From assembly GCA_950097015.1 (NCBI GenBank), contig CATNEN010000033.1:3038001-3102000 (forward strand): 64,000 nt of DNA. The letters run 5' to 3'. Positions 12,402-26,067 of this stretch are shown here, piece after piece. The DNA is from Macrostomum hystrix (taxonomy: Eukaryota; Animalia; Platyhelminthes). The number at the start of each line of letters is the position of its first letter. Position 1 is the first letter of the stretch. The notes below the pieces were generated by a model. The model was not told the origin of the DNA. It saw only the letters and a program-made list of their open reading frames with translations, and did not search any database. The position numbers and the translations under genes were made by a program.

Positions 12402-12900
12402 TGTTGCATGATGCTGTGTGTCCTCAGTGGTATTTCCACGAAGATCTGCGGCGTCGCCGCGGGCTGTTCTGGGCTGCATTCCGCTCTGTGAGGGCGGTCT
12501 TGCAGTCCGAGGCCCTACCTGATCGCCAGAGGGCTGCGCTGTTCCAGGCGGTGGTCGAGACCGTCCTGTTGTACAACGCCGAGACCTGGACGCTGACGAA
12601 CTCGCTGAAACAGCACGAAAACGCGGCGCAGGCCAGCCTGTTGCGCGCCGCCTTTAAGATCAGCGACGAGCGATTCACTAACGCGGTACTCTATCGCCGC
12701 GCCGGCCTGGCCCATCCAAGTGAACTGCTGCGCCGTCGGCGACTCCAGCTGGCAGGCCACGTCATCCGCGCCGAGTCCTACTGCTCACAGCCGGTGCAGG
12801 AGGTGCTGCTGCTCATGCTGCAGGCACCCTACCGGCGCGGCCAGACCCGAACTCGGCGTCTCGTCAATTGCTGCTGGCTGATGCTGGCGCCCCGGACGCT
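12402..12900 (+). mobile_element. 5'-truncated RTE-like non-LTR retrotransposon fragment (post-RT C-terminal region)
   Basis: LFQAVVETVLLYNAETWTLT...RRRLQLAGHVIR resembles RTE-clade RT C-termini; no complete RT domain. Confidence 0.7.
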
Positions 12901-13694
12901 GCCGGCGGGGCGGCCTTTGTTCGCGCCCTGTGACGCTGCCTTTTATTTTCATCCTGACAGCGTACTTTGTAGTTGCTGTTGTTAAAGTCAGGCCACTTAA
13001 TCCCAGGCGGGCCGATGAATCGACAGACGAAGGCTATCTGGCGAGGAAAAAAATTGATATGCCAAGGCGCTTGTCGCTGTGGAGCTTCTTGCAGCGAATA
13101 CGATAGAACCGGGATAAGAGGCCCAAAAAAGTACAAAATGCGCTGCATTAAAATGCACTAGATGGCGCAACTCATTTTGTTTCCGTCCTACGCAGACTCG
13201 TACAGGTGTACGTCCAAACTTCTGTCGCGAGATTTTCGTTATTTTGCGGGCCGGAGTTAAAATTCATAGTTTATTTATGTTGCAAAACAAAAACCCTGAG
13301 CAACAATGGCTGTCTCGGCCCAGCCAGTTTGTGTTCTAAAACTGCAATATCACTTTAGCCGCTCGTCAGTAGCAGACTGCAGCAGAGGGGGACCCCTTGC
13401 TTTGCTTCCACGGAGCTGGAGCTGCTCAAAACGGAGCAAAGATGAGAAATAAAAAAATAAAAAAACAGATGGACTGCTCCATAGAGCAAATCGATTAAAA
13501 GGGATGAATAATAATCATGCAGTCCACAGCCATGTATGAGCTCTTAATGGCCTGAGCTGCTCAAACACAGAGGGGATAGAAATAGAAGGCAACAAAAGCG
13601 TCCCCATAGGGGAGCTCCACAGCAGCTCTGGACCTTCATTATATCAAGCAGGCCAAGAATGCGGATAACGGAAATTATTAGAAAAAAATTGCAA

Positions 13695-14648
13695 ATGAAC
13701 TGCTACTTTCTACTGTTTTCCACCCTGCATCTGCTGAACCGGGCCGAGAGTTCGAGCGCCGAATGTGTGCTGCGGCGGCGGTGGCTGCGGACGCAGCTGT
13801 GCCCCCCGACGGTCTCGGAGTCCAGTGCGGCTGCAGTCCTGCGGCTGTCCTCTGAGCTCCAGTGCGTCTTCGCGTGCACGTCGCGACTGCCCAGCTGCAA
13901 GGCGGCTCACTTTAGAGACTCCGTCTGCTACCTGGCCGTCAACTTCACCAAACTGTCGCTCTGGTCGGCCTCGGCACCACTCGGTCAGTGCGGCAGTCTC
14001 ATGGTGGCGCCACAGATCCTCCAGCTACTCGCGTTCTTCGACTTCAGGGAGTCGATCGAAAAGGCGGTGGGCAGCGCGAGCATCAGCTCGCAGCCGTTCA
14101 ACTTGACGAGAGACTCGAGCGGCCTGCACTTTGCAGGGAGGATGACGTCATACCTGAAGCTGAGCATCCCGGGAGGTCTCACGGCTCTCACTGATCGGAG
14201 CGGCGAGAGAGCGGTCAGCTTCTTCATGAAGGTGCGACGGCCGTACAAGCCCAAGACGGTGTATGTGAAGGTCACAGACGAAAGTAGTGGCGCGAGCGTC
14301 TGCGACTGGTACGATAATAGCGGATCTATTATCTTGTCTTATAGGCACCTGAGCAAGCAGTTCACATCGGCCTCAAGCTTCATGGAGACGGACGCGGATC
14401 CTGCTGGGTTTTTTCTAGGCGTCGCCGCTAGCAACGTCACGGGCGCCTTTACCTTCCTGGACGGTCGAGTTTACGAGTTCACTTCTACGACGTCTAGCGC
14501 TTCAACAACTGTAGACTCTGTGATCCTTCTGGGCTACTCATCAGCGAACGATGCAGGCTGCTTGGCGGGAACCATCGTCTGCTTTGGCATCGCCCCGTCG
14601 AAGCTGAGCGCCGAGCAGCTCGCCAGGTTGGCCGTCATGTGCGAGTGA
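13695..14648 (+). CDS. Putative secreted protein with PAN/apple-like N-terminal domain and LamG/concanavalin-like C-terminal domain
   Basis: Hydrophobic N-terminus from ATG 13695; CVFAC...CKAAHF...CYL cysteine pattern; beta-rich C-half ending GTIVCFGI...LAVMC; homologous copy at 34.5 kb. Confidence 0.55.
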   Translation: MNCYFLLFSTLHLLNRAESSSAECVLRRRWLRTQLCPPTVSESSAAAVLRLSSELQCVFACTSRLPSCKAAHFRDSVCYLAVNFTKLSLWSASAPLGQCGSLMVAPQILQLLAFFDFRESIEKAVGSASISSQPFNLTRDSSGLHFAGRMTSYLKLSIPGGLTALTDRSGERAVSFFMKVRRPYKPKTVYVKVTDESSGASVCDWYDNSGSIILSYRHLSKQFTSASSFMETDADPAGFFLGVAASNVTGAFTFLDGRVYEFTSTTSSASTTVDSVILLGYSSANDAGCLAGTIVCFGIAPSKLSAEQLARLAVMCE

Positions 14649-15916
14649 GCTGGTGAAGATCTAAAGGCATCCGTAGTTTCTCAAATGAAAAGTTGTCGAT
14701 ATCCGGACTGTTGTGCGATTCTTTTTGACCTTGTGACAGAAATATACTCTAAGATTTTTAAGAACAGGTTCGGCCTTGAACATTTTTGTAAGATAAAATG
14801 CATTGCACCGACTATCGTATATATTTGTGAAGTGAAAGAACATAAAGAAGCGGGGCTTGGATATCTTGAGGGAGATAGCTGCATATAGAGAGCGAGGTTG
14901 GAACATGTTTAGAGGGAGGTTAGTGATGTGGGGAGACAGATTAGTTATAGGAGAGGTCAGAATGTGTTTCGCTCGATCAGGAGCAGCGAGTGTGACGGAG
15001 ACAAGAAGCAGAGCATGGGGAGGGGAGAATCATTACTTACTGCTGCATAGAATGGCTTTTTGTCGAATGAGCATTCAGAGACCTGACAGCAAGCGCGCGT
15101 CGAGTGGCTGCATGGAGGGGTTCCTGACTCACGCTTCCATCGCGTCCTGACTTTTTTCTTAGATAAATAAACAGGGTCAGGAAAACCAGAAAAAAGCATA
15201 GACTAAGTGGCCAAGCTTTCTGGAGCACTTTTAGAAGAGTGTTCAATGGCGTCAACGGTTTCGTAGCAAACGATTTCTGACCTCTATAAGCCCTGGTTGT
15301 TTGTGAGCCGAAGTTCACAAAATTTGAGCACATGGCATCTTAGCAAAAGCTGATCATTTCAAGGCACTCATCCCTACCATCGGGCACATCCACATAGATG
15401 ATGATGGAAGCAGCGAATCACCATGGAATGTTTTAATTGCTTGTAGGTAGAGAAAATCCCCAAATGTGACTGGAGTGCGATGACGAAATAATTAGATTAC
15501 TCTTCTGCAGAGAAATCTGACCCAGCTTGATCGCTTAGAGAGTACTAACAACAGCTTCATAACCAACTATAAGAGTGCTCCTCTATAATGCTTGCACAAG
15601 CTATTCTCAGATGGGTCAATCTGATTATAATTGCAGGTGCACAGATAGGCTAATATGCTTGTAAGAGCCTATTGTAACTAATTAACCTACAAAAAAGTTT
15701 GAGTTTAGCAAGGATTTGCATTGGGCCCTTGCTGAGGTACAAGTAGAGTAGCAATTTCTGAAAATAGAGTCAGGGCTCCATGTACTCGCTTATTAGGCTA
15801 GAAGAGCTTGCTCAGAGCTGCACTCAGTCAGCCAAAAATCACCGGAGCTGCTTGAGTCAGCTCTTCACAACATCTGAAATGAATATTCCATTGACAAATC
15901 CTTCTCGATCTGAATT

Positions 15917-16392
15917 TGCGGCCGTGGCGCTATGGATCTGGGGCTGTGGCGCTATGGATCTGGGGCTGTGCCGCTATGGATCTGGGGTTGTGGCGCTATG
16001 GATCTGGTGCTGTGGCGCTATGGATCTGGGGTTGTGGCGCTATGGATCTGGGGTTGTGGCGCTATGGATCTGGGGTTGTGGCGCTATGGATCTGGGGTTG
16101 TGGCGCTATGGATCTGGTGCTGTGGCGCTATGGATCTGGTGCTGTGGCGCTATGGATCTGGGGTTGTGGCGCTATGGATCTGGGGTTGTGGCGCTATGGA
16201 TCTGGTGCTGTGGCGCTATGGATCTGGGGTTGTGGCGCAATGGATCTGGGGCTGTGGCGCTATGGATCTGGGGTTGTGGCGCTATGGATCTGGGGCTGTG
16301 GCGCTATGGATCTGGTGCTGTGGCGCTATGGATCTGGGGTTGTGGCGCTATGGATCTGGGGCTGTGGCGCTATGGATCTGGGGCTGTGGCGG
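15917..16392. repeat. 21-bp minisatellite (GCTGTGGCGCTATGGATCTGG/GG)
   Basis: About 22 direct units. Confidence 0.95.
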
Positions 16393-16782
16393 TAAGATTA
16401 TCAGTTGTAAATAGACAATGAGAGCGTTTGAAAACCACATAATCGATAAAAGCAACTACAATGCGATGGCGGCGCTAGTTTAGAGAGATTCATGCATGCA
16501 TGAATGCGTGTCATGCTGACAGACTGAATCCATTTCACGGCTGGGCAAACTGACGGAATATTAAATTTCAAGTGCGTTGCTTGCAAAAAAGCTTCTGTGA
16601 ATAAAATAACCAGCGCTAATAGTTCAATGGAAGTCAATGGTGGAAGCTCAGTTACAGGTAAACTGACACTGACTACTCACAGTTGTACTTGTAGTAGCAA
16701 TCGTATAATTTTAGCGCCTAATTTGACCAGTGAACAAGATATATATATACCATGTATTAGGTGTGATCAGGACTTCAAATGT

Positions 16783-19700
16783 CGTTATTTACACAAAGCT
16801 ATGCCTGCAACTGTTGCATTATTTAACACACAAAGCTATGCCTGCAACTGTTGCATTATTTAACACACAAAGCTATGCCTGCAACTGTTACATTATTTAA
16901 CACACAAAGCTATGCCTGCAACTGTTACATTATTTAACACACAAAGCTATGCCTGCAACTGTTACATTATTTAACACACAAAGCTATGCCTGCAACTGTT
17001 GCATTATTTAACACACAAAGCTATGCCTGCAACTGTTGCATTATTTAACACACAAAGCTATGCCTGCAACTGTTACATTATTTAACACACAAAGCTATGC
17101 CTGCAACTGTTACATTATTTAACACACAAAGCTATGCCTGCAACTGTTACATTATTTAACACACAAAGCTATGCCTGCAACTGTTGCATTATTTAACACA
17201 CAAAGCTATGCCTGCAACTGTTACATTATTTAACACACAAAGCTATGCCTGCAACTGTTACATTATTTAACACACAAAGCTATGCCTGCAACTGTTACAT
17301 TATTTAACACACAAAGCTATGCCTGCAACTGTTACATTATTTAACACACAAAGCTATGCCTGCAACTGTTACATTATTTAACACACAAAGCTATGCCTGC
17401 AACTGTTACATTATTTAACACACAAAGCTATGCCTGCAACTGTTGCATTATTTAACACACAAAGCTATGCCTGCAACTGTTACATTATTTAACACACAAA
17501 GCTATGCCTGCAACTGTTACATTATTTAACACACAAAGCTATGCCTGCAACTGTTGCATTATTTAACACACAAAGCTATGCCTGCAACTGTTGCATTATT
17601 TAACACACAAAGCTATGCCTGCAACAGTTACATTATTTAACACACAAAGCTATGCCTGCAACTGTTGCATTATTTAACACACAAAGCTATGCCTGCAACT
17701 GTTACATTATTTAACACACAAAGCTATGCCTGCAACTGTTACATTATTTAACACACAAAGCTATGCCTGCAACTGTTACATTATTTAACACACAAAGCTA
17801 TGCCTGCAACTGTTACATTATTTAACACACAAAGCTATGCCTGCAACTGTTACATTATTTAACACACAAAGCTATGCCTGCAACTGTTGCATTATTTAAC
17901 ACACAAAGCTATGCCTGCAACTGTTACATTATTTAACACACAAAGCTATGCCTGCAACTGTTACATTATTTAACACACAAAGCTATGCCTGCAACTGTTA
18001 CATTATTTAACACACAAAGCTATGCCTGCAACTGTTGCATTATTTAACACACAAAGCTATGCCTGCAACTGTTGCATTATTTAACACACAAAGCTATGCC
18101 TGCAACTGTTACATTATTTAACACACAAAGCTATGCCTGCAACTGTTACATTATTTAACACACAAAGCTATGCCTGCAACTGTTACATTATTTAACACAC
18201 AAAGCTATGCCTGCAACTGTTGCATTATTTAACACACAAAGCTATGCCTGCAACTGTTACATTATTTAACACACAAAGCTATGCCTGCAACTGTTACATT
18301 ATTTAACACACAAAGCTATGCCTGCAACTGTTACATTATTTAACACACAAAGCTATGCCTGCAACTGTTACATTATTTAACACACAAAGCTATGCCTGCA
18401 ACTGTTACATTATTTAACACACAAAGCTATGCCTGCAACTGTTACATTATTTAACACACAAAGCTATGCCTGCAACTGTTGCATTATTTAACACACAAAG
18501 CTATGCCTGCAACTGTTGCATTATTTAACACACAAAGCTATGCCTGCAACAGTTACATTATTTAACACACAAAGCTATGCCTGCAACTGTTGCATTATTT
18601 AACACACAAAGCTATGCCTGCAACTGTTACAATTATTTAACACACAAAGCTATGCCTGCAACTGTTACATTATTTAACACACAAAGCTATGCCTGCAACT
18701 GTTACATTATTTAACACACAAAGCTATGCCTGCAACTGTTACATTATTTAACACACAAAGCTATGCCTGCAACTGTTACATTATTTAACACACAAAGCTA
18801 TGCCTGCAACTGTTACATTATTTAACACACAAAGCTATGCCTGCAACTGTTACATTATTTAACACACAAAGCTATGCCTGCAACTGTTACATTATTTAAC
18901 ACACAAAGCTATGCCTGCAACTGTTACATTATTTAACACGCAAAGCTATGCCTGCAACTGTTACATTATTTAACACACAAAGCTATGCCTGCAACTGTTA
19001 CATTATTTAACACACAAAGCTATGCCTGCAACAGTTACATTATTTAACACACAAAGCTATGCCTGCAACTGTTGCATTATTTAACACACAAAGCTATGCC
19101 TGCAACTGTTGCATTATTTAACACACAAAGCTATGCCTGCAACAGTTACATTATTTAACACACAGAGCTATGCCTGCAACTGTTGCATTATTTAACACAC
19201 AAAGCTATGCCTGCAACTGTTACATTATTTAACACACAAAGCTATGCCTGCAACTGTTACATTATTTAACACACAAAGCTATGCCTGCAACTGTTACATT
19301 ATTTAACACACAAAGCTATGCCTGCAACTGTTACATTATTTAACACACAAAGCTATGCCTGCAACTGTTACATTATTTAACACACAAAGCTATGCCTGCA
19401 ACTGTTACATTATTTAACACACAAAGCTATGCCTGCAACTGTTACATTATTTAACACACAAAGCTATGCCTGCAACTGTTACATTATTTAACACACAAAG
19501 CTATGCCTGCAACTGTTACATTATTTAACACACAAAGCTATGCCTGCAACTGTTACATTATTTAACACACAAAGCTATGCCTGCAACTGTTACATTATTT
19601 AACACACAAAGCTATGCCTGCAACTGTTACATTATTTAACACACAAAGCTATGCCTGCAACTGTTACATTATTTAACACACAAAGCTATGCCTGCAACTG

Positions 19701-20575
19701 TTACATTATTTAACACACAAAGCTATGCCTGCAACTGTTGCATTATTTAACACACAAAGCTATGCCTGCAACTGTTGCATTATTTAACACACAAAGCTAT
19801 GCCTGCAACAGTTACATTATTTAACACACAAAGCTATGCCTGCAACTGTTGCATTATTTAACACACAAAGCTATGCCTGCAACTGTTACATTATTTAACA
19901 CACAAAGCTATGCCTGCAACTGTTGCATTATTTAACACACAAAGCTATGCCTGCAACTGTTACATTATTTAACACACAAAGCTATGCCTGCAACTGTTGC
20001 ATTATTTAACACACAAAGCTATGCCTGCAACTGTTGCATTATTTAACACACAAAGCTATGCCTGCAACTGTTACATTATTTAACACACAAAGCTATGCCT
20101 GCAACTGTTACATTATTTAACACACAAAGCTATGCCTGCAACTGTTGCATTATTTAACACACAAAGCTATGCCTGCAACTGTTACATTATTTAACACACA
20201 AAGCTATGCCTGCAACTGTTACATTATTTAACACACAAAGCTATGCCTGCAACTGTTACATTATTTAACACACAAAGCTATGCCTGCAACTGTTACATTA
20301 TTTAACACACAAAGCTATGCCTGCAACTGTTACATTATTTAACACACAAAGCTATGCCTGCAACTGTTACATTATTTAACACACAAAGCTATGCCTGCAA
20401 CTGTTACATTATTTAACACACAAAGCTATGCCTGCAACTGTTACATTATTTAACACACAAAGCTATGCCTGCAACTGTTACATTATTTAACACGCAAAGC
20501 TATGCCTGCAACTGTTACATTATTTAACACACAAAGCTATGCCTGCAACTGTTACATTATTTAACACACAAAGAC
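16783..20575. repeat. 37-bp satellite array (ACACAAAGCTATGCCTGCAACTGTTACATTATTTAAC), ~102 copies
   Basis: Period 37 (16861 to 16898); contiguous, no spacers. Confidence 0.97.
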
Positions 20576-20727
20576 GACCACAGGCTGCAAAGTTCGTGAC
20601 CTTATTTAAAGTCAGGAGGCTCTGAGCGAGACACAAATTGTTTATAAATGCTTTGCTCAGATTTAGAAACTCTTATGATCTTATTAAAAAAGTAAGGTAA
20701 TACATGAAACAATACAGAGAAGACAGT

Positions 20728-21247
20728 GGAAATGACAGGGGAAAGCCAGTGAGGACAGGGGAAAGGACAGGGGAAAAGAAAGGGGAAGGCCAGTGAGGAC
20801 AGGGGAAAGGACAGGGGAAAAGAAAGGGGAAGGCCAGTGAGGACAGGGGAAAGGACAGGGGGAAGCCAGTGAGGACAGGGGAAAAGAAAGGGGAAGGCCA
20901 GTGAGGACAGGGGAAAGGACAGGGGAAAAGAAAGGGGAATGCCAGTGAGGACAGGGGAAAGGACAGGGGGAAGCCAGTGAGGACAGGGGAAAAGAAAGGG
21001 GAAGGCCAGTGAGGACAGGGGAAAGGACAGGGGAAAAGAAAGGGGAAGGCCAGTGAGGACAGGGGAAAGGACAGGGGAAAAGAAAGGGGAAGGCCAGTGA
21101 GGACAGGGGAAAGGACAGGAAAAAAAAGAAAGGGGAATGCCAGTGAGGACAGGGGAAAGGACAGGGGGAAGCCAGTGAGGACAGGGGAAAAGAAAGGGGA
21201 AGGCCAGTGAGGACAGGGGAAAGGACAGGGGGAAGCCAGTGAGGACC
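20728..21247. repeat. Purine-rich compound minisatellite (GCCAGTGAGGACAGGGGAAAGG...)
   Basis: Direct imperfect units. Confidence 0.9.
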
Positions 21248-21298
21248 TGTATACAATTCCGTGCAGTTTCTCAGTAGTTCAACAGCAATCAAGCCAGG

Positions 21299-21763
21299 TC
21301 AGAGCTGATGCACTATGTAGGCCTGGGAGGAGGTCGAAGACTCGTCTCCGGAGGAGCCATCCGACTTGCAGCTGCCGCTCAGCTCGCCTTCCATGAGGTC
21401 AGCCACGAAGGCCATGGCATCGTCGTATTCACCTTCATCCTCGTCGGTGACCGAGCCCGAATTCGAGTCGGTGTCCACAACAGAGGCGGTGACGGCGGCG
21501 GCTGTTGTAGCCTGGCTGCGGGCATCGTCCCAGCAGCTGTAGGTGCCGCTGCAGCTGCTGCTGCTGGCCCGGGTGCCGCAGGAGGTCGCAACAGCAGTAG
21601 CGGCCGCACCGCCCGAGACGCTGAATCCGAAGCCGCTGGCGGTGCTGGCGCAATCGACGCTGCTCAGACCAAACGTGGCCGCGTCCTTATTGTCGGCAGC
21701 GGCCATCGAGCCATCGTCGGCGCCGCCAGCCCGCTGCATGTCGGAGAGAGCTACGGCCTCCAC
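21299..21763 (-). CDS. Unknown Ser/Ala/Asp-rich protein, exon 2
   Basis: CAG acceptor 21764-21766, 155 codons to TGA, GC-rich; in phase with exon 22382-22564. Confidence 0.55.
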   Translation of the reverse strand: MEAVALSDMQRAGGADDGSMAAADNKDAATFGLSSVDCASTASGFGFSVSGGAAATAVATSCGTRASSSSCSGTYSCWDDARSQATTAAAVTASVVDTDSNSGSVTDEDEGEYDDAMAFVADLMEGELSGSCKSDGSSGDESSTSSQAYIVHQL

Positions 21764-21847
21764 CTGCGACAGTGCGAGAAGAGGCGGCGAAACTTTTTTT
21801 GAGGGGGGCAAGTGGACACTTGCAGGGCTGGCGAACAGCCACCACGC

Positions 21848-22373
21848 ATTTCCTTCAGGCACTGCGGCCTTCCTTCAGGCACTGCGGCCTTCCTTCAGGC
21901 ACTGCGGCCTTCCTTCAGGCACTGCGGCCTTCCTTCAGGCACTGCGGCCTTCCTTCAGGCACTGCGGCCTTCCTTCAGGCACTGCGGCCTTCCTTCAGGC
22001 ACTGCGGCCTTCCTTCAGGCACTGCGGCCTTCCTTCAGGCACTGCGGCCTTCCTTCAGGCACTGCGGCCTTCCTTCAGGCACTGCGGCCTTCCTTCAGGC
22101 ACTGCGGCCTTCCTTCAGGCACTGCGGCCTTCCTTCAGGCACTGCGGCCTTCCTTCAGGCACTGCGGCCTTCCTTCAGTCACTGCGGCCTTCCTTCAGGC
22201 ACTGCGGCCTTCCTTCAGGCACTGCGGCCTTCCTTCAGGCACTGCGGCCTTCCTTCAGGCACTGCGGCCTTCCTTCAGGCACTGCGGCATTCCTTCAGGC
22301 ACTGCGGCCTTCCTTCAGGCACTGCGGCCTTCCTTCAGGCACTGCGGCCTTCCTTCAGGCACTGCGGCCTTCC
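21848..22373. repeat. 20-bp minisatellite (CTTCCTTCAGGCACTGCGGC) filling most of an intron
   Basis: About 26 near-perfect units. Confidence 0.95.
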
Positions 22374-22381
22374 AGTCTTAC

Positions 22382-22564
22382 CTTGAGTCGCACAGCAAAC
22401 TGACGAAGCTCTTGCCGCAAAGCCTCCAGCGCTGTCAGCTGACTGCTATAGTGACGCAGCTGCTGCAGCCGGTCGGACGCTGATATCTTCGGCGGCTGGG
22501 CATCGACTCTTTGCACTGGTGAGCGCCGGCGCCTATGCTGCTGCCTGCCGGACTTGGATTTCAT
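22382..22564 (-). CDS. Unknown protein, exon 1 (MKSKSGRQ...QFAVRLK), coiled-coil-like end
   Basis: ATG 22564, 61 codons, AAG|GTAAGA donor. Confidence 0.55.
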
Positions 22565-24519
22565 TGGTTAGCTGAAAGCACAGTGTAAGGAATAGGGATA
22601 ACACGCAGAACTAGAGAGAGAAAGAAGGAGCAATATTGGCCTGAATAATACACTACCAAGAGAGAGGAGAATAGAGTAATAAGCCCTGTTACAATCATTT
22701 TTGTCATTAGCCTTCATTAGTCTCTCTAGATTTTGTCATAGCCCGCTAAATATCCCCATAAATGTGCATGTAGCCTTGAAGTCTTTAGGGGCTTGAGTTT
22801 TAATATAATTTTTGTGTTTCTTATCTATGTACTTCTTCTATATTTTCTTTTTGTCTTGATTAATTGTCTCTGCATAGTTTGTTTTACTCACTTCAGTACT
22901 AACTATATTTGAGAACTCAATAGAAACTAGATATGGGAAACAAAAGTTCCCATAACAATATCCATATCCATAACTTTTGTCTAAAAAGCTCTACATCTAT
23001 ATATATAGAGACAAAACTTCCTATAGGCCTAGCCCTTTATGTAGCTACAGCAGAACTCTAATAATGGACAGGTATAGTATATTGATTATTGCATGAAACA
23101 CAACAGAAGCTAAATATAGAATACTCTAGTTACACATATAATTTAGTGGAAAAATATACATATTAAAGTATATATAAATATACAATAGTCAATATATCAT
23201 ATAATATAACATAAATGGGTGACATAGGCCAGAAAAATAAAATATATTTTCCTTCTTTAGGCACAATTGATTGAATCAATATTTACTGAATTTAGATTGT
23301 TTATCTTAAAAAGTAACAAGAAATCCTAATTTTGCTACAATCCAAGTTGGTTATGTGCTGAGAAATTTCATTGTCAGAGTGAGAGCCTCTCTAACATAGC
23401 TGAGAAATGGACAAATAAAAAGCAAAGAACACTTTTTCTCATGAAGGAGAAGAGAAATGAGAAACTAAATTTCTAAGAACAAGTTTAGGATAAAGACCTT
23501 TACTAAAAATACTAGGGGATAGGAATGTTTAACTTTTGACATATATTTGTGTTAATTAAAAAACTGATTAAAAATACTGATTTTTTTAACTTACTGAAAA
23601 ATATAAATGTTGCTCCAATGTATTTTTAATTGTCTTTATGGCCATATAAAAAGCTTTAAACAAAAAACTGCAAGCAGATCTAGTAACATCTGACAACAGG
23701 CCATATACAGAAAAAGCAAGTTTACAACTTTGTTTTTGAGTAGTGTTAGGAGCTTTGATAATGCTTGTTTGTTCATAGGGAGAGCATATTGAGAAATTAA
23801 AAAGGAATATGAAGCCACTTTTTATGAATAAAGTTTGATTTAAATAGGCCTAGATAAAATAAATAACAAGCTGTAACAAAGAAAATAACATCATTTGATC
23901 CTTTCAAATCAAACAGTACTTCAATTTGTGCAGAAAATGTGAAAATTCCTATCCATGTAATGCACAAATTGGGCAAAATACTGCCTCCTAAACGTTTTCA
24001 AAGAACTTAGGTAGTTTCCACAAACCAAACCGTCCTGACCTTGATATGAAGTAGAGTTTGTGAAATAATTTTGAGTCACATTAACATTAAGTTAAGGGAT
24101 TGCAAAAGAATGCAGGCTGGATAAAGAGGCCTTGTAGGCGGTCTAGAGTTTGCCGGTCCCTGACTTAGGGCATATATATATAATTAACAAGATTGACATA
24201 ATAGACATAATAGACACCATGTAAAATTGTAATATTAACTAGGCCTACTAAATTAAATTAGGCCTATCCTTACATTTAGGACTACGATTTCTGTGTTAAT
24301 GGTTTACCGAATTTTGTCCCATGTATTCTTAGTAACTGGAACTGGAACGAGCACAAAATAGACGTTCATGATGTTTTTTGTTAATATTTGCTAATGAAGT
24401 TTAGTTCGGTCACAGCAATTATGCACTAATGTGCGTGATGTAATGGTTTCCCGATGGATATTCAGATTGATATTCGATGAATCAAAATTCTATAAAATTA
24501 AACAAACTCGGAGTGTCGA

Positions 24520-25207
24520 CACTTTATATTCTCCATACAGCAACCGAGATATGATACCGTGTCAAATTTCTACCAAATTGGACTGGTAGTTTCGGAGATA
24601 ATCACCTGTACGTGGTGCTCGCCATCTCTGTAATGTATTTCAATAGGCTCCATTGATATTCGCAGGAGAGACACTTTGGCTTAGTCCACACTGCTCACAC
24701 TTTATATTCTCCATACAGCAACCGAGATATGATACGGTGTCAAATTTCTACCAAATTGGACTGGTAGTTTCGGAGATAATCACCTGTACGTGGTGCTCGC
24801 CATCTCTGTAATGTATTTCAATAGGCTCCATTGATATTCGCAGGAGAGACACTTTGGCTTAATCCACACTGCTCACACTTTATATTCTCCATACAGCAGC
24901 CGAGATATGATACCGTGTCAAATTTCTACCAAATTGGACTGGTAGTTTCGGAGATAATCACCTGTACGTGGTGCTCGCCATCTCTGTAATGTATTTCAAT
25001 AGGCTCCATTGATATTCGCAGGAGAGACACTTTGGCTTAATCCACACTGCTCACACTTTATATTCTCCATACAGCAGCCGATATATGATACGGTGTCAAA
25101 TTTCTACCAAATTGGACTGGTAGTTTCGGAGATAATCACCTGTACGTGGTGCTCGCCATCTCTGTAATGTATTTCAATAGGCTCCATTGATATTCGCTGG
25201 AGAGACA
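24520..25207 (+). repeat. 178-bp tandem array, left arm (~3.8 copies)
   Basis: Units start at 24520, 24698, 24876, 25054. Confidence 0.92.
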
Positions 25208-26067
25208 TATTCGCGTGTCGTACGTCTGAAGCAGCTATGGGGGGACTTTGAGTGGTCAAATATGCCTTCGGATTGAACGCAGAATGTATAAGAATCATTA
25301 TGGATCGGTGGATTTTGCATTGTAAACGTATATTGCCTGTTACATCCAGGAATTTTGCACTTAGCATAAATTGTCCAAAAGTTGCTCCTTCGCTTCCTAG
25401 AGTTGGGAGTTCTAATGTGGTTGTACCCGCTAAATAGAAGTACGCAACTTGAAATCTCCCGCATGGCTCTACTCACGGCGTTGTTCGTGTTTTGCCGAGA
25501 AAATTCAAACTCATTCTCTACCAATTGAAGGCCAATATTCTGAGCATCTCTAATGGTTAGCTTTAATTCATGAGCGCTCCCGTTTTCTGACTGGTCACAA
25601 ATCAACGGCTGATGTTCAACGTATTCATTCATGGTTGTGGCACGCGACACTTTATCACTACCATCGTCTCGATCACTAGCTTCATCACCTACTCCCAGCT
25701 CATTCTCACTATCACCAAGACTATTCTGATCTGATTCTGCAGGACTGGTATGTTCATTGGTTTCATCCTCTCTGACTGAACTATTCGAGTTCGAGGTGGC
25801 CTGTCCAGCACCAGCAACAGACGGACCTTGGTCATGATTGGCCGGTGTACTAGATGTCTCCCTAGTGTAAAACGCACTGATGTAAGTCCACATCATGCTT
25901 CGCTGACGTAGCCGGTTACGCATGGAAAGTCGGCGTAAGAGGTACTCGAAAAAGGGTGTTGATTTTCTGTAATCTCTCGGCCTATCAAATGCATCAGCTG
26001 CGTCTCGAATTGCAGTATAAATCTGAAACACAGTACGTATATGGGCCGCTAAATAATTAATAAACAT
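25174..26067 (-). CDS. Internal ORF of the foldback element; possible truncated MULE-type transposase N-terminus with WRKY/GCM1-like zinc finger
   Basis: 297 aa; WTIYAKCKIPGCNRQYTF...EGIFDHSKSPH; the frame runs into the left repeat arm and has no DDE core. Confidence 0.45.
   Translation of the reverse strand: MFINYLAAHIRTVFQIYTAIRDAADAFDRPRDYRKSTPFFEYLLRRLSMRNRLRQRSMMWTYISAFYTRETSSTPANHDQGPSVAGAGQATSNSNSSVREDETNEHTSPAESDQNSLGDSENELGVGDEASDRDDGSDKVSRATTMNEYVEHQPLICDQSENGSAHELKLTIRDAQNIGLQLVENEFEFSRQNTNNAVSRAMREISSCVLLFSGYNHIRTPNSRKRRSNFWTIYAKCKIPGCNRQYTFTMQNPPIHNDSYTFCVQSEGIFDHSKSPHSCFRRTTREYVSPANINGAY

Noticed and set aside
15780-16421. Long ORFs in all three frames (WRYGSG/ALWIWG repeats)
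   Set aside because: Translation of a stop-free 21-bp minisatellite.
16783-20575. 37-bp repeat as a CRISPR array
   Set aside because: Units are contiguous with no unique spacers, there are no cas genes, and the context is eukaryotic.
20684-21292. 202-aa Pro/Phe/Ser-rich ORF
   Set aside because: Translation of the purine-rich minisatellite.
21543-22483. Plus-strand ORFs of 204-286 aa
   Set aside because: They run through the 20-bp repeat and lie antisense to a spliced minus-strand gene.
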